This document shows positions 1 to 9,201 of a stretch of 64,000 nucleotides of DNA, piece by piece. Both the position numbers and the translations under genes were made by a program. The notes below the pieces were generated by a model, which was not told the origin of the DNA, made no database searches, and saw only the letters and a list, made by a program, of their open reading frames with translations. Every line of letters begins with the position of its first letter. Position 1 is the first letter of the stretch. Origin of the DNA: a virus (lineage: Duplodnaviria > Caudoviricetes); IMG/VR virus record IMGVR_UViG_2643221950_000002, positions 32,001-96,000 of that record; one strand, written 5' to 3'.

Positions 1-482
1 TAGATTTTGCCTGATTTATCTGCTTCTGCATGTGCGATGAAAACAACAGTAAAACCATTGCTGATTAATTTATTAATCTCATCCCAAACTTCATTTTCAT
101 ACTCTTTCCACAATCCAAAGCCATCGTTTCCATCTTTAATTCTTTCAACATTGTATTGATTACAAACATATCTGGTCGCATACTTTGCAAATGCATCAAC
201 CTCGTCTACAACAATTGTTTGATACATTTCCTTTGCTTTTTCAACGTTTTTGGAAAGCTGCTTGTTTACCTTTTTAAAGTCTCCCCAACTATTGATTGGC
301 ATAAAATTTACACCAGCAATTGCATTTAATCCTTTTTCAAAAGGTAAGTACAATGGTTTAGTCATTCTTGATGATTGCTTGCTTTTACCTAAGTTGTTAG
401 AACCATAAATAGTGACAACCTTACCTTCAATTCCTTTTGCAATTACTGAAACTTCTGGCTTAAAAATATCTAATCCTGACAA
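1..482 (-). CDS. AAA-family ATPase (YorG/Sak4-like), partial at window edge
   Basis: Manual translation from TTG at 482 (AAGGAG RBS): LSGLDIFKPEVS...IYGSNNLGKS (Walker A), IVVDEVD (Walker B), VVFIAH. Confidence 0.75.
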   Translation of the reverse strand, partial: MSGLDIFKPEVSVIAKGIEGKVVTIYGSNNLGKSKQSSRMTKPLYLPFEKGLNAIAGVNFMPINSWGDFKKVNKQLSKNVEKAKEMYQTIVVDEVDAFAKYATRYVCNQYNVERIKDGNDGFGLWKEYENEVWDEINKLISNGFTVVFIAHAEADKSGKI

Positions 483-531
483 ATAACCCGCTCCTTATAT
501 GTAATTTATATTTTATTCGTTGTTTTGTTCT

Positions 532-1449
532 TTAAAATGGAAGATCGTCGTCTGCAATGGTTACAGGTTTGTTATTTGAAGTTGCTGGCTTTCCTCCGCC
601 AAATCCACCTTTTTTCTTGTTACTTTTGCTATTTCCATTGTTATTGGCTTCTTGTTTCTTCTGATCTAGTTCGATTTCTCTTTCATTTAGTGCTTTTTCA
701 ATGATTTCAGGGTTATACGCATCTTTGTTTTCTTCCTCATAAGGGTCTTGACCAGCAGTAACCAAAAACTCTCTTTTCGTTTTTGTTTTCACTTCCACTT
801 TAGGCTTGCCAAAAGCACTTTCTTTCTCTTTCTCAGTTCTTTCTTTATAATTTACAATTTCTCCATAAACATTTACTGTAGAATTTTTCTCATAGTTGTC
901 AGCTACAAATTCAGAACCTTCTTCAGTCACAACAAACGAAAAAGGAATAACCTTGCCACCATATAGTGGGATATGTCCATTTAATACTGCTCTACCTGTT
1001 TCTTCACCATTTGCTCTTTCTTGTGCAACATTCTCTACAAACATCTCAACATCAAAAGTAGCTTGTGGTTCAAATTCGTCAATCGACTGTCTTCTAGCAA
1101 AGTTTAAAGATAATTCAGGGTAAGATTTCAATTCATCATTCGCAAAATATTCATTTAAACCAAGTTTGCCTTCTGCTCTAATCTTGTCTGCTTCCTCTCT
1201 AGATGAGTTTGCGATTGATTTGTATTCATCAATCATGGTCTTAAAGGCTTTTGCCTTTTTGCTCTCGTTTCCATCTTTAGTTGTGTATGAAGACATTCCT
1301 TTTAATGTATGTACAGAGAATTCATCTGTCTCAATATCAAGTTCAATATTAATCCCCTTTTTATTACCCCATTCATTTGATCTAACCTCAGCCAATGTTC
1401 CTTCTACTACTACCTTGTTCAATGCTTCTCTTAATTCAGTGTTCGCCAT
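532..1449 (-). CDS. YorF-like putative single-stranded DNA-binding protein
   Basis: 305 aa; Gly/Asn-rich linker and acidic tail DDDLPF typical of SSBs; directly upstream of the AAA ATPase. Confidence 0.65.
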   Translation of the reverse strand: MANTELREALNKVVVEGTLAEVRSNEWGNKKGINIELDIETDEFSVHTLKGMSSYTTKDGNESKKAKAFKTMIDEYKSIANSSREEADKIRAEGKLGLNEYFANDELKSYPELSLNFARRQSIDEFEPQATFDVEMFVENVAQERANGEETGRAVLNGHIPLYGGKVIPFSFVVTEEGSEFVADNYEKNSTVNVYGEIVNYKERTEKEKESAFGKPKVEVKTKTKREFLVTAGQDPYEEENKDAYNPEIIEKALNEREIELDQKKQEANNNGNSKSNKKKGGFGGGKPATSNNKPVTIADDDLPF

Positions 1450-1477
1450 ATGTATTATCCATTCTCCTTTATATATG

Positions 1478-1789
1478 TTATTTATTATTTAATTGCTTTT
1501 CAATTGCTTGGAATACGCTATCTTCTAAACGTTTTTCAATTCTTAGTTTGTGAGGTAGATTAATAACATCTACAATCTTTCCCCATCTCACTTTAATCAT
1601 TAAATTACCGTAAAGGTAAACCTTACCCAGTAAACCTTGTTTGATAACTCTATCAGGTTCTCTTTCTTGCAAGCAAATAATGTGTCGGTTGAGTTTTTGT
1701 TGAATTTTCTTATCTGTTAATTTGTAATTACCTTTTACAGTATGCCTATAGGTATCAGCAGCTGTTTTACTCACTTTCAATAGCTTCAT
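1478..1789 (-). CDS. YorE-like phage protein
   Basis: 103 aa, GAGGTG RBS, position and recalled similarity. Confidence 0.6.
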   Translation of the reverse strand: MKLLKVSKTAADTYRHTVKGNYKLTDKKIQQKLNRHIICLQEREPDRVIKQGLLGKVYLYGNLMIKVRWGKIVDVINLPHKLRIEKRLEDSVFQAIEKQLNNK

Positions 1790-1819
1790 ATGTTCACCTC
1801 CTCTTTAACTGTAATTCTA

Positions 1820-1868
1820 TAATATATGTTATTTGTATTTTAGTCAACACATTTTGTATGTTATTTTT
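1820..1868 (-). promoter_or_regulatory. sigmaA-type early promoter with AATAACATA boxes (SPbeta repeated element type)
   Basis: Minus strand TTGACT-AAAATACAAATAACATA-TATTAT (17-bp spacer) plus a second AAATAACATA upstream. Confidence 0.75.
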
Positions 1869-1926
1869 AATTTAAAATGACAGTTTTATCTGAAACAAAA
1901 AAAGAACGGCTTTAAGCCGCTCTCCG

Positions 1927-2166
1927 CTAATTTTGTTTAGACGTTTTTGAAATGAGATAATTAATCAATGTTATTACCAAGTAGAACAATGTTCCATAAA
2001 ATACACCATTAAACAAGCTCACACCAATAAATTTGCTTATTAGCACCACATAATATGATGCTGGTGTTCCAGGGAACACGGCCATGTTAAAAAGACAAAT
2101 CATGAGTGTTAATAAAAAGCATATTGAAAACACAACACGAAACAATTTTGATTTTAACATTGTCAT
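1927..2166 (-). CDS. small membrane protein (2 TM)
   Basis: 79 aa, hydrophobic, GGAGAAG RBS. Confidence 0.65.
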   Translation of the reverse strand: MTMLKSKLFRVVFSICFLLTLMICLFNMAVFPGTPASYYVVLISKFIGVSLFNGVFYGTLFYLVITLINYLISKTSKQN

Positions 2167-2177
2167 TTTATCTTCTC

Positions 2178-2981
2178 CTATAGTCTATTTCCGTAGAATG
2201 AAACTTTCCCTTTATTATTACAATGGATTTCATTACTAATATGCCATTCTTCCATTATAAGGTCAAATCCTCCAAATGAAAAGCCTGTTGTAAAGTTCCC
2301 TTGAGCGTAGGCTACAGCTTTACCACTAACTTTCTTTGTTCCTTTTTTCCAGTTTTCAGCTTTCCATGTAGCTGTTTGACCTCTTTTATAATATGCATCT
2401 GTTTGGGTTGCTCTCGGTTCTTTGCCCCCATAGACAAAATATGCAGAGTTATAAACCCTAAACAACTGCAGTCCGAACATATTTTTAGCTCTGTAAATAA
2501 ACTCATATTCTTTTGAAGTTGCACTTGTTGAAATTTCTCCACTCTCTGCTTTCTTCTCACCAGCATAAGTAATGAAGTATGTTGGAGAATCAGTAAAAAC
2601 AACTTTGATTCCGTTGCCAATTTCGTGTGCTTCAAATTCATCTGAAGTCACATTCTTTTCTATGTACTTGCCAATATCAAAACTGTCTCCAGATTCAATC
2701 CCTGGCAACAAGTTTCTTTTCTTCTCATAATAGCTGCCTAAAAGTTCATCATTCAATTTATTATCTGAATAATACTCTTCAGCAATGTCACTTGCTTCCT
2801 CTTCATTCTTCGGTGCAGCGTCTTTTAAATACTTCAAAAAGCTTTCTTGGGACTTTTTGATCTCTTTAATAGCATTTTCATATTTACTTTCGTCTGAAAC
2901 TGCTGCTGATACTTTCCCCGTTATCATGATTGAAATCACCATAACTAAACTTACGAATGTGAAAATTGATTTTTTTAACAA
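2178..2981 (-). CDS. secreted protein of unknown function
   Basis: 267 aa with signal peptide MLKKSIFTFVSLVMVISIMITGKVSAA. Confidence 0.75.
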   Translation of the reverse strand: MLKKSIFTFVSLVMVISIMITGKVSAAVSDESKYENAIKEIKKSQESFLKYLKDAAPKNEEEASDIAEEYYSDNKLNDELLGSYYEKKRNLLPGIESGDSFDIGKYIEKNVTSDEFEAHEIGNGIKVVFTDSPTYFITYAGEKKAESGEISTSATSKEYEFIYRAKNMFGLQLFRVYNSAYFVYGGKEPRATQTDAYYKRGQTATWKAENWKKGTKKVSGKAVAYAQGNFTTGFSFGGFDLIMEEWHISNEIHCNNKGKVSFYGNRL

Positions 2982-3091
2982 GTAATCACTCCCTTTTTTA
3001 ACTCAACTGCAATGATAGCACTTACATTTGTTAAATCAAGGGTAAAATGGAAAAATCACAAAATCTGAGACCTTGTGACTAAACTTTCCCT

Positions 3092-3652
3092 TTATGTAGT
3101 TCTTATGCTATGTAATTCCGATACCTCAGATTCAATAATACTTGTTAGAACTTTTATAGAATCATTAAACTTTCCTGAATTATTCCTTACTACATAGTCG
3201 TAGTGCTCTTTATTTTTCATCTCATGATGGTATGTACTCAATCTTTGTTCAACTTTATCTAATGTATCTCCCCTTTGAATCATTTGATTATATGCCTGGT
3301 CGTAAGGAGTGTACAAAAACAACGTGACACAATTAGAATAGACCTTTTTGATCTGCTGCATTCCATGGTAGTCAACAATAACAAAAGCACTCCCAATACC
3401 CAGTTTATTTTCAAATTCTTCTTGATCAATTCCATAATAATGTCCACTGTATTCAACTTGTTCGATTAGCTTGCCCTGTTCCTTTAACTCCTTGAATTTC
3501 TCAAAGCTAATAAATTTATAGTCCACACCATCAATTTCACCTTGTCTCGGTTTCCTGGTGGTAAATGATACGACCTCATTCTTCATGACTTGACGCATTA
3601 AACTGGTTTTACCACTGCCGCTATGACCTGATAACACAATGAGTTTATTCAT
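3092..3652 (-). CDS. gmk: guanylate kinase
   Basis: LIVLSGHSGSGKTS P-loop, SFTTRKPRQGEIDGVDYKF and YSGHYYG motifs; likely ATG at 3652. Confidence 0.88.
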   Translation of the reverse strand: MNKLIVLSGHSGSGKTSLMRQVMKNEVVSFTTRKPRQGEIDGVDYKFISFEKFKELKEQGKLIEQVEYSGHYYGIDQEEFENKLGIGSAFVIVDYHGMQQIKKVYSNCVTLFLYTPYDQAYNQMIQRGDTLDKVEQRLSTYHHEMKNKEHYDYVVRNNSGKFNDSIKVLTSIIESEVSELHSIRTT

Positions 3653-4037
3653 TACTTGCTGTAACCTCACTCCAATACCACATGCCCAACGTTCTCAGTT
3701 CAAAGTCTGCAGGATATTTCTTCATCTCCAGATGAACTTTATAACGCTTTCCTGAATTTTTATGTTTGACGCTTAATTCTTCCTTATTGAAGAATCTAAC
3801 AATGGCCTGGTTGAATTCAATTGGCCGCTCAACCACATACCCATGCTTAAAAGCAGCAATAAAACTTTCAGGTTTTTCTTTATAGAAATTGTAAATCACT
3901 TCTGCAAACTCAGGGTTCTTATCTTTCATTACATCAAATTGAACTAATCCCAAATAAAGATGTTTATCTGAATAGCCAAGATTTTTCTTGAAGTATTCAA
4001 CTGCCTCGTGAATCTCTGGACTTAAAACAACTGTCAT
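3645..4037 (-). CDS. hypothetical phage protein
   Basis: 130 aa ORF with RBS, overlapping the gmk start. Confidence 0.65.
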   Translation of the reverse strand: MTVVLSPEIHEAVEYFKKNLGYSDKHLYLGLVQFDVMKDKNPEFAEVIYNFYKEKPESFIAAFKHGYVVERPIEFNQAIVRFFNKEELSVKHKNSGKRYKVHLEMKKYPADFELRTLGMWYWSEVTASNE

Positions 4038-4047
4038 TTTTCCACCC

Positions 4048-4761
4048 CTATACTTTATATTTTTCTAAAATTTGACCTTTTTTATCGATCACAATACCAT
4101 TTAACTGCCCGTTAAAAACGGCTCCACCATCAATGCCTATGTAAGACTTGCATATACTTACCCAGACTTCATCACTATCATGAATATGTCTAACTGGGGT
4201 ATGGCCAAAAATGATTGTCTTTCCTGTTTCATTTGGATGGTTCCAATGACCTCTAGTCCACAGGAAATCTTTCTCAACTGATTTTCTCCAATCGTTTAAA
4301 TGAGGATTAATCCCTGCATGTACAAAAAGCGTATCTCCAAATTCATAAAATAGAGGCAACTGTTTAAGGAATTGAATTTCCTTGTTAGACACTTGCAGCA
4401 TATTATTAGCTCTCTCTTCATAACTGTGAAAATACAATGGAAAACTATACTGTGTGAAGCTTTCGCATGTTCTATTCCCACCATTATTAAAATACCAATC
4501 TCCTGTTTCATAATCCTTTTCAGATAAGAAAATCGAAAGCATGTCTTCGTGATTTCCTTTTAACACAACAACCTGCTCATTGTATGTGTTCTTTAAATCC
4601 ATAGCCAGTTGGACGACCTCTAGAGAGTGTTCACCTCTATCAATTAGGTCACCAAGGATAACCAAGTTTTCTTCATTCGGTTTCCAATACTGGAGCAGCT
4701 CCTTAAACTTTGCCAATTCACCGTGTATATCGCTTAAAACGAATGTTTTATAGTATTTCAA
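4048..4761 (-). CDS. calcineurin-like metallophosphoesterase (Ser/Thr phosphatase family)
   Basis: SDIHG, GDLIDRG, GNHE, FVHAG and FGHTP motifs. Confidence 0.9.
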   Translation of the reverse strand: MKYYKTFVLSDIHGELAKFKELLQYWKPNEENLVILGDLIDRGEHSLEVVQLAMDLKNTYNEQVVVLKGNHEDMLSIFLSEKDYETGDWYFNNGGNRTCESFTQYSFPLYFHSYEERANNMLQVSNKEIQFLKQLPLFYEFGDTLFVHAGINPHLNDWRKSVEKDFLWTRGHWNHPNETGKTIIFGHTPVRHIHDSDEVWVSICKSYIGIDGGAVFNGQLNGIVIDKKGQILEKYKV

Positions 4762-4881
4762 TGATCATCATTTCCTTTTAATTTTAGTCGCTTCACAAAA
4801 GACTTGTATGGATAAAAATGAAAGTTATATAGATTTATAAACCCATAACATGCTATACTTTTGACTTCTAGGAGGGATTTT

Positions 4882-5472
4882 ATGAAAAAGAAGTCATTAA
4901 TGATATTTATTACCTTGTTATTTTCTCTTGTTGCGTGCTCATCTGAAGGTGTTGAAAGTGACTCTCCAGATTATATTAAAGAATCATTTGATTACTTTAA
5001 ATCAATCAAATCTGTGCTTGAATCAATAAATGACGGTGAAGAGGTTGACAAAGCAATTAAATCAAATTTTGAAAGCCAGTCAGAATTTAATGACTGGATC
5101 GATGCTAATTATGACCCTGAAGATGAATCGAGTGAAGAAGCACTACTTATTAGCCACTATCAATTAATTAAGCAACTACTAGGAAACCTATCAATTTTTA
5201 ATGCTGCTGAGTCAATGGGCGTTGAGGATGTAAATACTTCATCTACAATTAACTCTATCGAGGCCTCTCTTTCTAATCTAGAATCAATTTATGAAAACTA
5301 TGGATATGAACCTTTAAGAGTAGCTAAACGCTATTCTTTTTTTGAGCGCCCCTTTCCTATTTCCAACCTAGTTCAGTTGCTCCGTCATCGTAAAATCTCG
5401 AAGAATTTCTTCGAATCATCTCCAAAAACTCCTCTAATTCTTCCGTTGTACGTTCCTTTTTGCTACTTTTAA
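4882..5472 (+). CDS. lipoprotein moron; true end probably near 5317
   Basis: MKKKSL...LVAC lipobox; ORF reads through a terminator hairpin at 5316-5343. Confidence 0.7.
   Translation: MKKKSLMIFITLLFSLVACSSEGVESDSPDYIKESFDYFKSIKSVLESINDGEEVDKAIKSNFESQSEFNDWIDANYDPEDESSEEALLISHYQLIKQLLGNLSIFNAAESMGVEDVNTSSTINSIEASLSNLESIYENYGYEPLRVAKRYSFFERPFPISNLVQLLRHRKISKNFFESSPKTPLILPLYVPFCYF
5316..5343 (+). terminator. intrinsic terminator
   Basis: AAGAGTAGC-TAAAC-GCTATTCTT followed by a T-run. Confidence 0.7.
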
Positions 5473-5563
5473 ACGGCTTCCCTTCCCACATAAACGACTG
5501 AATTGCTTTGGACGTTTCTTTATGACCTTCAATTGTATCTCTAAGAACACTACTCATTCGCAT
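5357..5563 (-). CDS. hypothetical protein
   Basis: 68 aa, GGTGGTG RBS. Confidence 0.55.
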   Translation of the reverse strand: MRMSSVLRDTIEGHKETSKAIQSFMWEGKPFKSSKKERTTEELEEFLEMIRRNSSRFYDDGATELGWK

Positions 5564-5777
5564 TCACCACCCTTACGTTTCTCAGTCTTAAACTTAATTT
5601 TAGTCAATACAATTCCTCCTCAATATATTTGCTTTCTTTTTAGTTTGATATCTTTTTCCATTCCACGATGTTCAATATTGCTTAGAAGTTGTTTCAATTT
5701 CTCATTTTCGATTCTCAACATTCTGTTATCTACTTGTAATTTGTTAATCAATGCTTCAGCGTTCAACACGTTTCCTC

Positions 5778-6569
5778 CTAATAAAGCTCAGGTGAGTTAG
5801 ACTTTACCTTTTTATAGCCGAGCCCTTTTAAATGTTCTTCCCAAACTTTAAATATCTTGTCTATTTCAGGCTTTAACTCTCTCTGTTTTTCCCATGTCTC
5901 ATGATTCCTTTTGATTTCTTTGTGATAAGATTTAATTCCATCTTCATGGTTTTTAATTAATTTTTGTAGCATGCCTATGTATTCATTCTTTTTAAATGGA
6001 TGAACCAGTAACGTGGAACATTGAATTGCTATGTACTTAAAGGGGTTCTTAATGAATCGGTTGTTATCTTTTAAAAGTCCAATTAAGGGACTTTTTAAAA
6101 CTTCTGTGTATCGTTTAATATCAACTTCAAACTCTCGAATTCTATTTTCAAGGTCTTGTTCCATTCTCTTGTAGTGCTTTTCTGAAGACCAGTCAACAGT
6201 TCGTCCGTATATTTTTGATTCCCAATTTACTCTAAGAACACTGCCTTTATCACTGATAATTGCAAAGGGGTTTAAATTTGCAGTAGATATTTTGACACTG
6301 CATCCATCGTATATGTTTCCCACATACTCATTAAGAAGCTGCAAAACTCGCTGTCTAATATCTATTGAAAACTTACTCTTTGCTTCCTTGTCTAAAGCAT
6401 TAAATAAATTCTTTTGGACAATGGTTAGACTTGCTAAGTATGTATTTAGGTTGCTTAAAACATTGTCTTTTTCCTTGAGAATGGTTGAATATGCATTACA
6501 CAAGTAATCTAAATCAGCTTGTTTATTTAATGTGGCCTGCTTTAATTCGCTTAACATTAGATTCCTCAC
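5778..6569 (-). CDS. hypothetical protein
   Basis: 263 aa ORF in the early operon. Confidence 0.7.
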   Translation of the reverse strand: MRNLMLSELKQATLNKQADLDYLCNAYSTILKEKDNVLSNLNTYLASLTIVQKNLFNALDKEAKSKFSIDIRQRVLQLLNEYVGNIYDGCSVKISTANLNPFAIISDKGSVLRVNWESKIYGRTVDWSSEKHYKRMEQDLENRIREFEVDIKRYTEVLKSPLIGLLKDNNRFIKNPFKYIAIQCSTLLVHPFKKNEYIGMLQKLIKNHEDGIKSYHKEIKRNHETWEKQRELKPEIDKIFKVWEEHLKGLGYKKVKSNSPELY

Positions 6570-6614
6570 TTTCGTTAAAAGGTTGTTTTTATCTGAATCT
6601 ATGTATTGTATTTG

Positions 6615-7010
6615 TCATTTACTCGTCTGTAGCTCAATATCTGGAATAATGTTTTCTGGCCTGAACAGAATTTTGTAATGAAAGGGGTCTTCTTTGTTAG
6701 CCTCAAGTTGTTCTGCAAAGAAACTAACGTTGTCACTTAAACCAAGATAATGCTTTTTGTATTCATCCTTACCAATCTTGCATGTTACTGTCATTCTTAG
6801 ATCACTGTCATCGTTTCCAAGAGCACAAAGCCCTTCTACAGTGAGTAAGTATTTGTCTGTGATCCCATTAAAGAAAACGATCCTTCTCTGTACCTCAAAT
6901 GAGTCAGACGATTTAGAAATATTTTGTGATACTGTATCAGCCTCACTACATCCAGCCATAATCACAATAATCCCAACAAATAATGCTAACAATTTCTTTT
7001 TCATCTTCAT
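6615..7010 (-). CDS. conserved phage lipoprotein
   Basis: Lipobox MAGC; SEADTVSQNIS...FEVQRRIVFFNGITDKYLL is a motif I recall from many phages. Confidence 0.75.
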   Translation of the reverse strand: MKMKKKLLALFVGIIVIMAGCSEADTVSQNISKSSDSFEVQRRIVFFNGITDKYLLTVEGLCALGNDDSDLRMTVTCKIGKDEYKKHYLGLSDNVSFFAEQLEANKEDPFHYKILFRPENIIPDIELQTSK

Positions 7011-7312
7011 TCCCCTTCCACTTTCAATCTAATCCCTGCCGTTAATGCATCCTGGTAAACAAGGCTTGCACATAATGCATGATGTTTTACAGCATCTGCA
7101 CTGCTACTCCATCCATCATAATTCCCTGCCATTGCTTCATATTTTTGTGAGATATGATAGTCATATCGTTTTTGAAAAGTATGCATTTTATCTTCAGAAT
7201 CATGAAAGGCTTTTACCATCTCTTTTACAGAATCCTTTATGGATTTTGGAACATCCCATTTCCTTTTACTCAATTCATCGAGACATTTTCGCTGTTTATC
7301 ACTGAGACTCAC
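7007..7312 (-). CDS. hypothetical protein
   Basis: 101 aa, coupled by 4-nt overlaps on both sides. Confidence 0.65.
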   Translation of the reverse strand: MSLSDKQRKCLDELSKRKWDVPKSIKDSVKEMVKAFHDSEDKMHTFQKRYDYHISQKYEAMAGNYDGWSSSADAVKHHALCASLVYQDALTAGIRLKVEGE

Positions 7313-7841
7313 TGCGCTTCCTCCTTTTTAATCTCCACACTCTCCCAATCAAATTCTTGTAGTATCTTCCACAATTTAGCGACTTTCGTAGCTCTCCATG
7401 CTGTCATTGCGTAAGTGTGCGCTTCACTAGTGTAATGATGACTGTTCGCCTTAATATGTTTTTTGGCTTCTTCTTTTGTGATAAAGAATGTGCTGTCTTT
7501 TTTTATGTGCATTTTTTCTCTGGAAAGAGTTCTGCTCCTTCATCCTCATATTTTTGTATCCATTCTAAAATTTCATCGTAGTCATTATTGCATTCATCCA
7601 GTTCCTTTAATTGTTCAGAACTGAATTCACCGTCCTCTTTTGCACTTTCGATGTAATCTTCAACAGGATAAGATTCTGCTGCATTAGGTAAGTAAACAGA
7701 ATATCGCTCAGCGTTTCCTTCATTTGCTTCAACCCACTCATAGTCACCTACAACCCAAAAACGTGGTGCAGCCTGACAATCAACATCCTGTGTGTTCAAT
7801 TCTTGCTGAAGTTCTTTTAAAAATTGAATAGCTTCTTTCAT
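7309..7841 (-). pseudogene. phage protein split by a frameshift in an A6 run (or a sequencing indel)
   Basis: ORFs 7503-7841 and 7309-7512 fuse if one A is added at GAG AAA AAA TGC (7512-7517); the second part lacks an RBS. Confidence 0.65.
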
Positions 7842-7954
7842 TCCATTCCTCCTAAGCCACTTGTCTTCTATTTATTTGTAACCATTCCGTAATTTTCTTT
7901 TAATAAAATAACCTAACATAATCTGATAAAATTACTAAGGATGGTGGTGATGTT

Positions 7955-8077
7955 TTGAAATATTATATTGAGGATCTCATAGATTCTATTGCAGGCTACT
8001 CTAAAACTCTGCTTATCAAGATTTTCTTTTATATTGGACTTCCTATGGCATTAATTTATTCTATTTTCTTCAGATGA
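7955..8077 (+). CDS. 40-aa single-TM peptide
   Basis: MKYYIEDLIDSIAGYSKTLLIKIFFYIGLPMALIYSIFFR; GGTGGTG RBS; hairpin GAGCAGG...CCTGCTC at 8076-8100. Confidence 0.55.
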   Translation: MKYYIEDLIDSIAGYSKTLLIKIFFYIGLPMALIYSIFFR

Positions 8078-8125
8078 GCAGGGTCATTTAATCCTGCTCT
8101 ATTAAATTTGTTTAAAAAATTACTT

Positions 8126-8797
8126 TTATTGAGTTTTATTTAAAAAATCACAATAGCTTTGACACTCATCAACAGTTTTGAAAAACGTATTATAACTATT
8201 CAATTGATCAAACTTCATCTCTAAGCTATAAATATTTTCAGCTCGAATGTTATCGTCATAAGAGAAATACTCATCATGATCACTCCTGTTCTTTCTGTAA
8301 AAGGCATTTACATATCGATGGCCACCTGAGTTCACAAGTGAAAAAGAATAGCGTATGTATTCTTCTGGGATATAAACTCTTTTTTTAATAGAACAAGAGC
8401 AATTTTCAAATGCTTTATTGCCAAGAGGCGTAATATATTCTATCTGCCTATTTTCATTACACTGAGAACACTTATCTTGCGCTACTCCTGACGGGTGAGC
8501 TTTGTACATAATAACTTCAGAACCATTCATTAGTTCTGAGAGTCTTTTGTTTTTCAACTCCATTTCCATGTTGTGGCGTTCCCTGTCTAACCTTCTTGAT
8601 TTTTCTTTATATTCTTTTTCAATAGTATCTAAATTCTCTCTTACTACTTGGAGTTCTTTGTTTTCCTTTTTCAGTTGCTCCATTTCACTCAAATATTCTT
8701 GTTTTACTGATTTCAATAAACTTTCCTTAAATTCATTGATTTGTTTTTCAAACTCATTTGGCTCATTATAAAATTCTTCCTCATAAAAATAGTCCAT
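8126..8797 (-). CDS. coiled-coil phage protein with CxxC...CxC
   Basis: 223 aa, GAGGAGG RBS. Confidence 0.75.
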   Translation of the reverse strand: MDYFYEEEFYNEPNEFEKQINEFKESLLKSVKQEYLSEMEQLKKENKELQVVRENLDTIEKEYKEKSRRLDRERHNMEMELKNKRLSELMNGSEVIMYKAHPSGVAQDKCSQCNENRQIEYITPLGNKAFENCSCSIKKRVYIPEEYIRYSFSLVNSGGHRYVNAFYRKNRSDHDEYFSYDDNIRAENIYSLEMKFDQLNSYNTFFKTVDECQSYCDFLNKTQ

Positions 8798-8850
8798 TTC
8801 AATCCTCCTCGATTTATATGAAATCTCTGTTTTACTCTAATTGATATATG

Positions 8851-9066
8851 TTATTTTTTAATTAATCCACCATGATCTTCTTTGATATGTACCATCCACT
8901 GTTCGTATAGCTCATCGTACCAGGCGTTGCTAACCGCAGTATAAACACCGATACCTTCTTCATGCAGCATTTTAAAGATTTGCCCACTCTTCAAATTTTC
9001 AAATGACTGTTTAATCCACGTTCCCTCAACATACACATGCACCTGTTCAGTTCCGACTACAGACAT
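8851..9066 (-). CDS. hypothetical protein
   Basis: 71 aa, AGGAAGTG RBS. Confidence 0.6.
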   Translation of the reverse strand: MSVVGTEQVHVYVEGTWIKQSFENLKSGQIFKMLHEEGIGVYTAVSNAWYDELYEQWMVHIKEDHGGLIKK

Positions 9067-9201
9067 TGCATCACTTCCTTTTTAATTTTTCGTATTATTC
9101 ACAATCGCTAATGCACATACAAATCCCAGTAAGTACCACTGCCCTTTCGCTTTATATAACTCCTTCTCTTAGTTAATATGATATATGTAGGAGGTGATAT
9201 T

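Noticed and set aside
748-1492. Antisense ORFs (748, 896, 1166 and many similar entries across the track)
   Set aside because: They are shadows of well-supported genes on the opposite strand and lack RBSs
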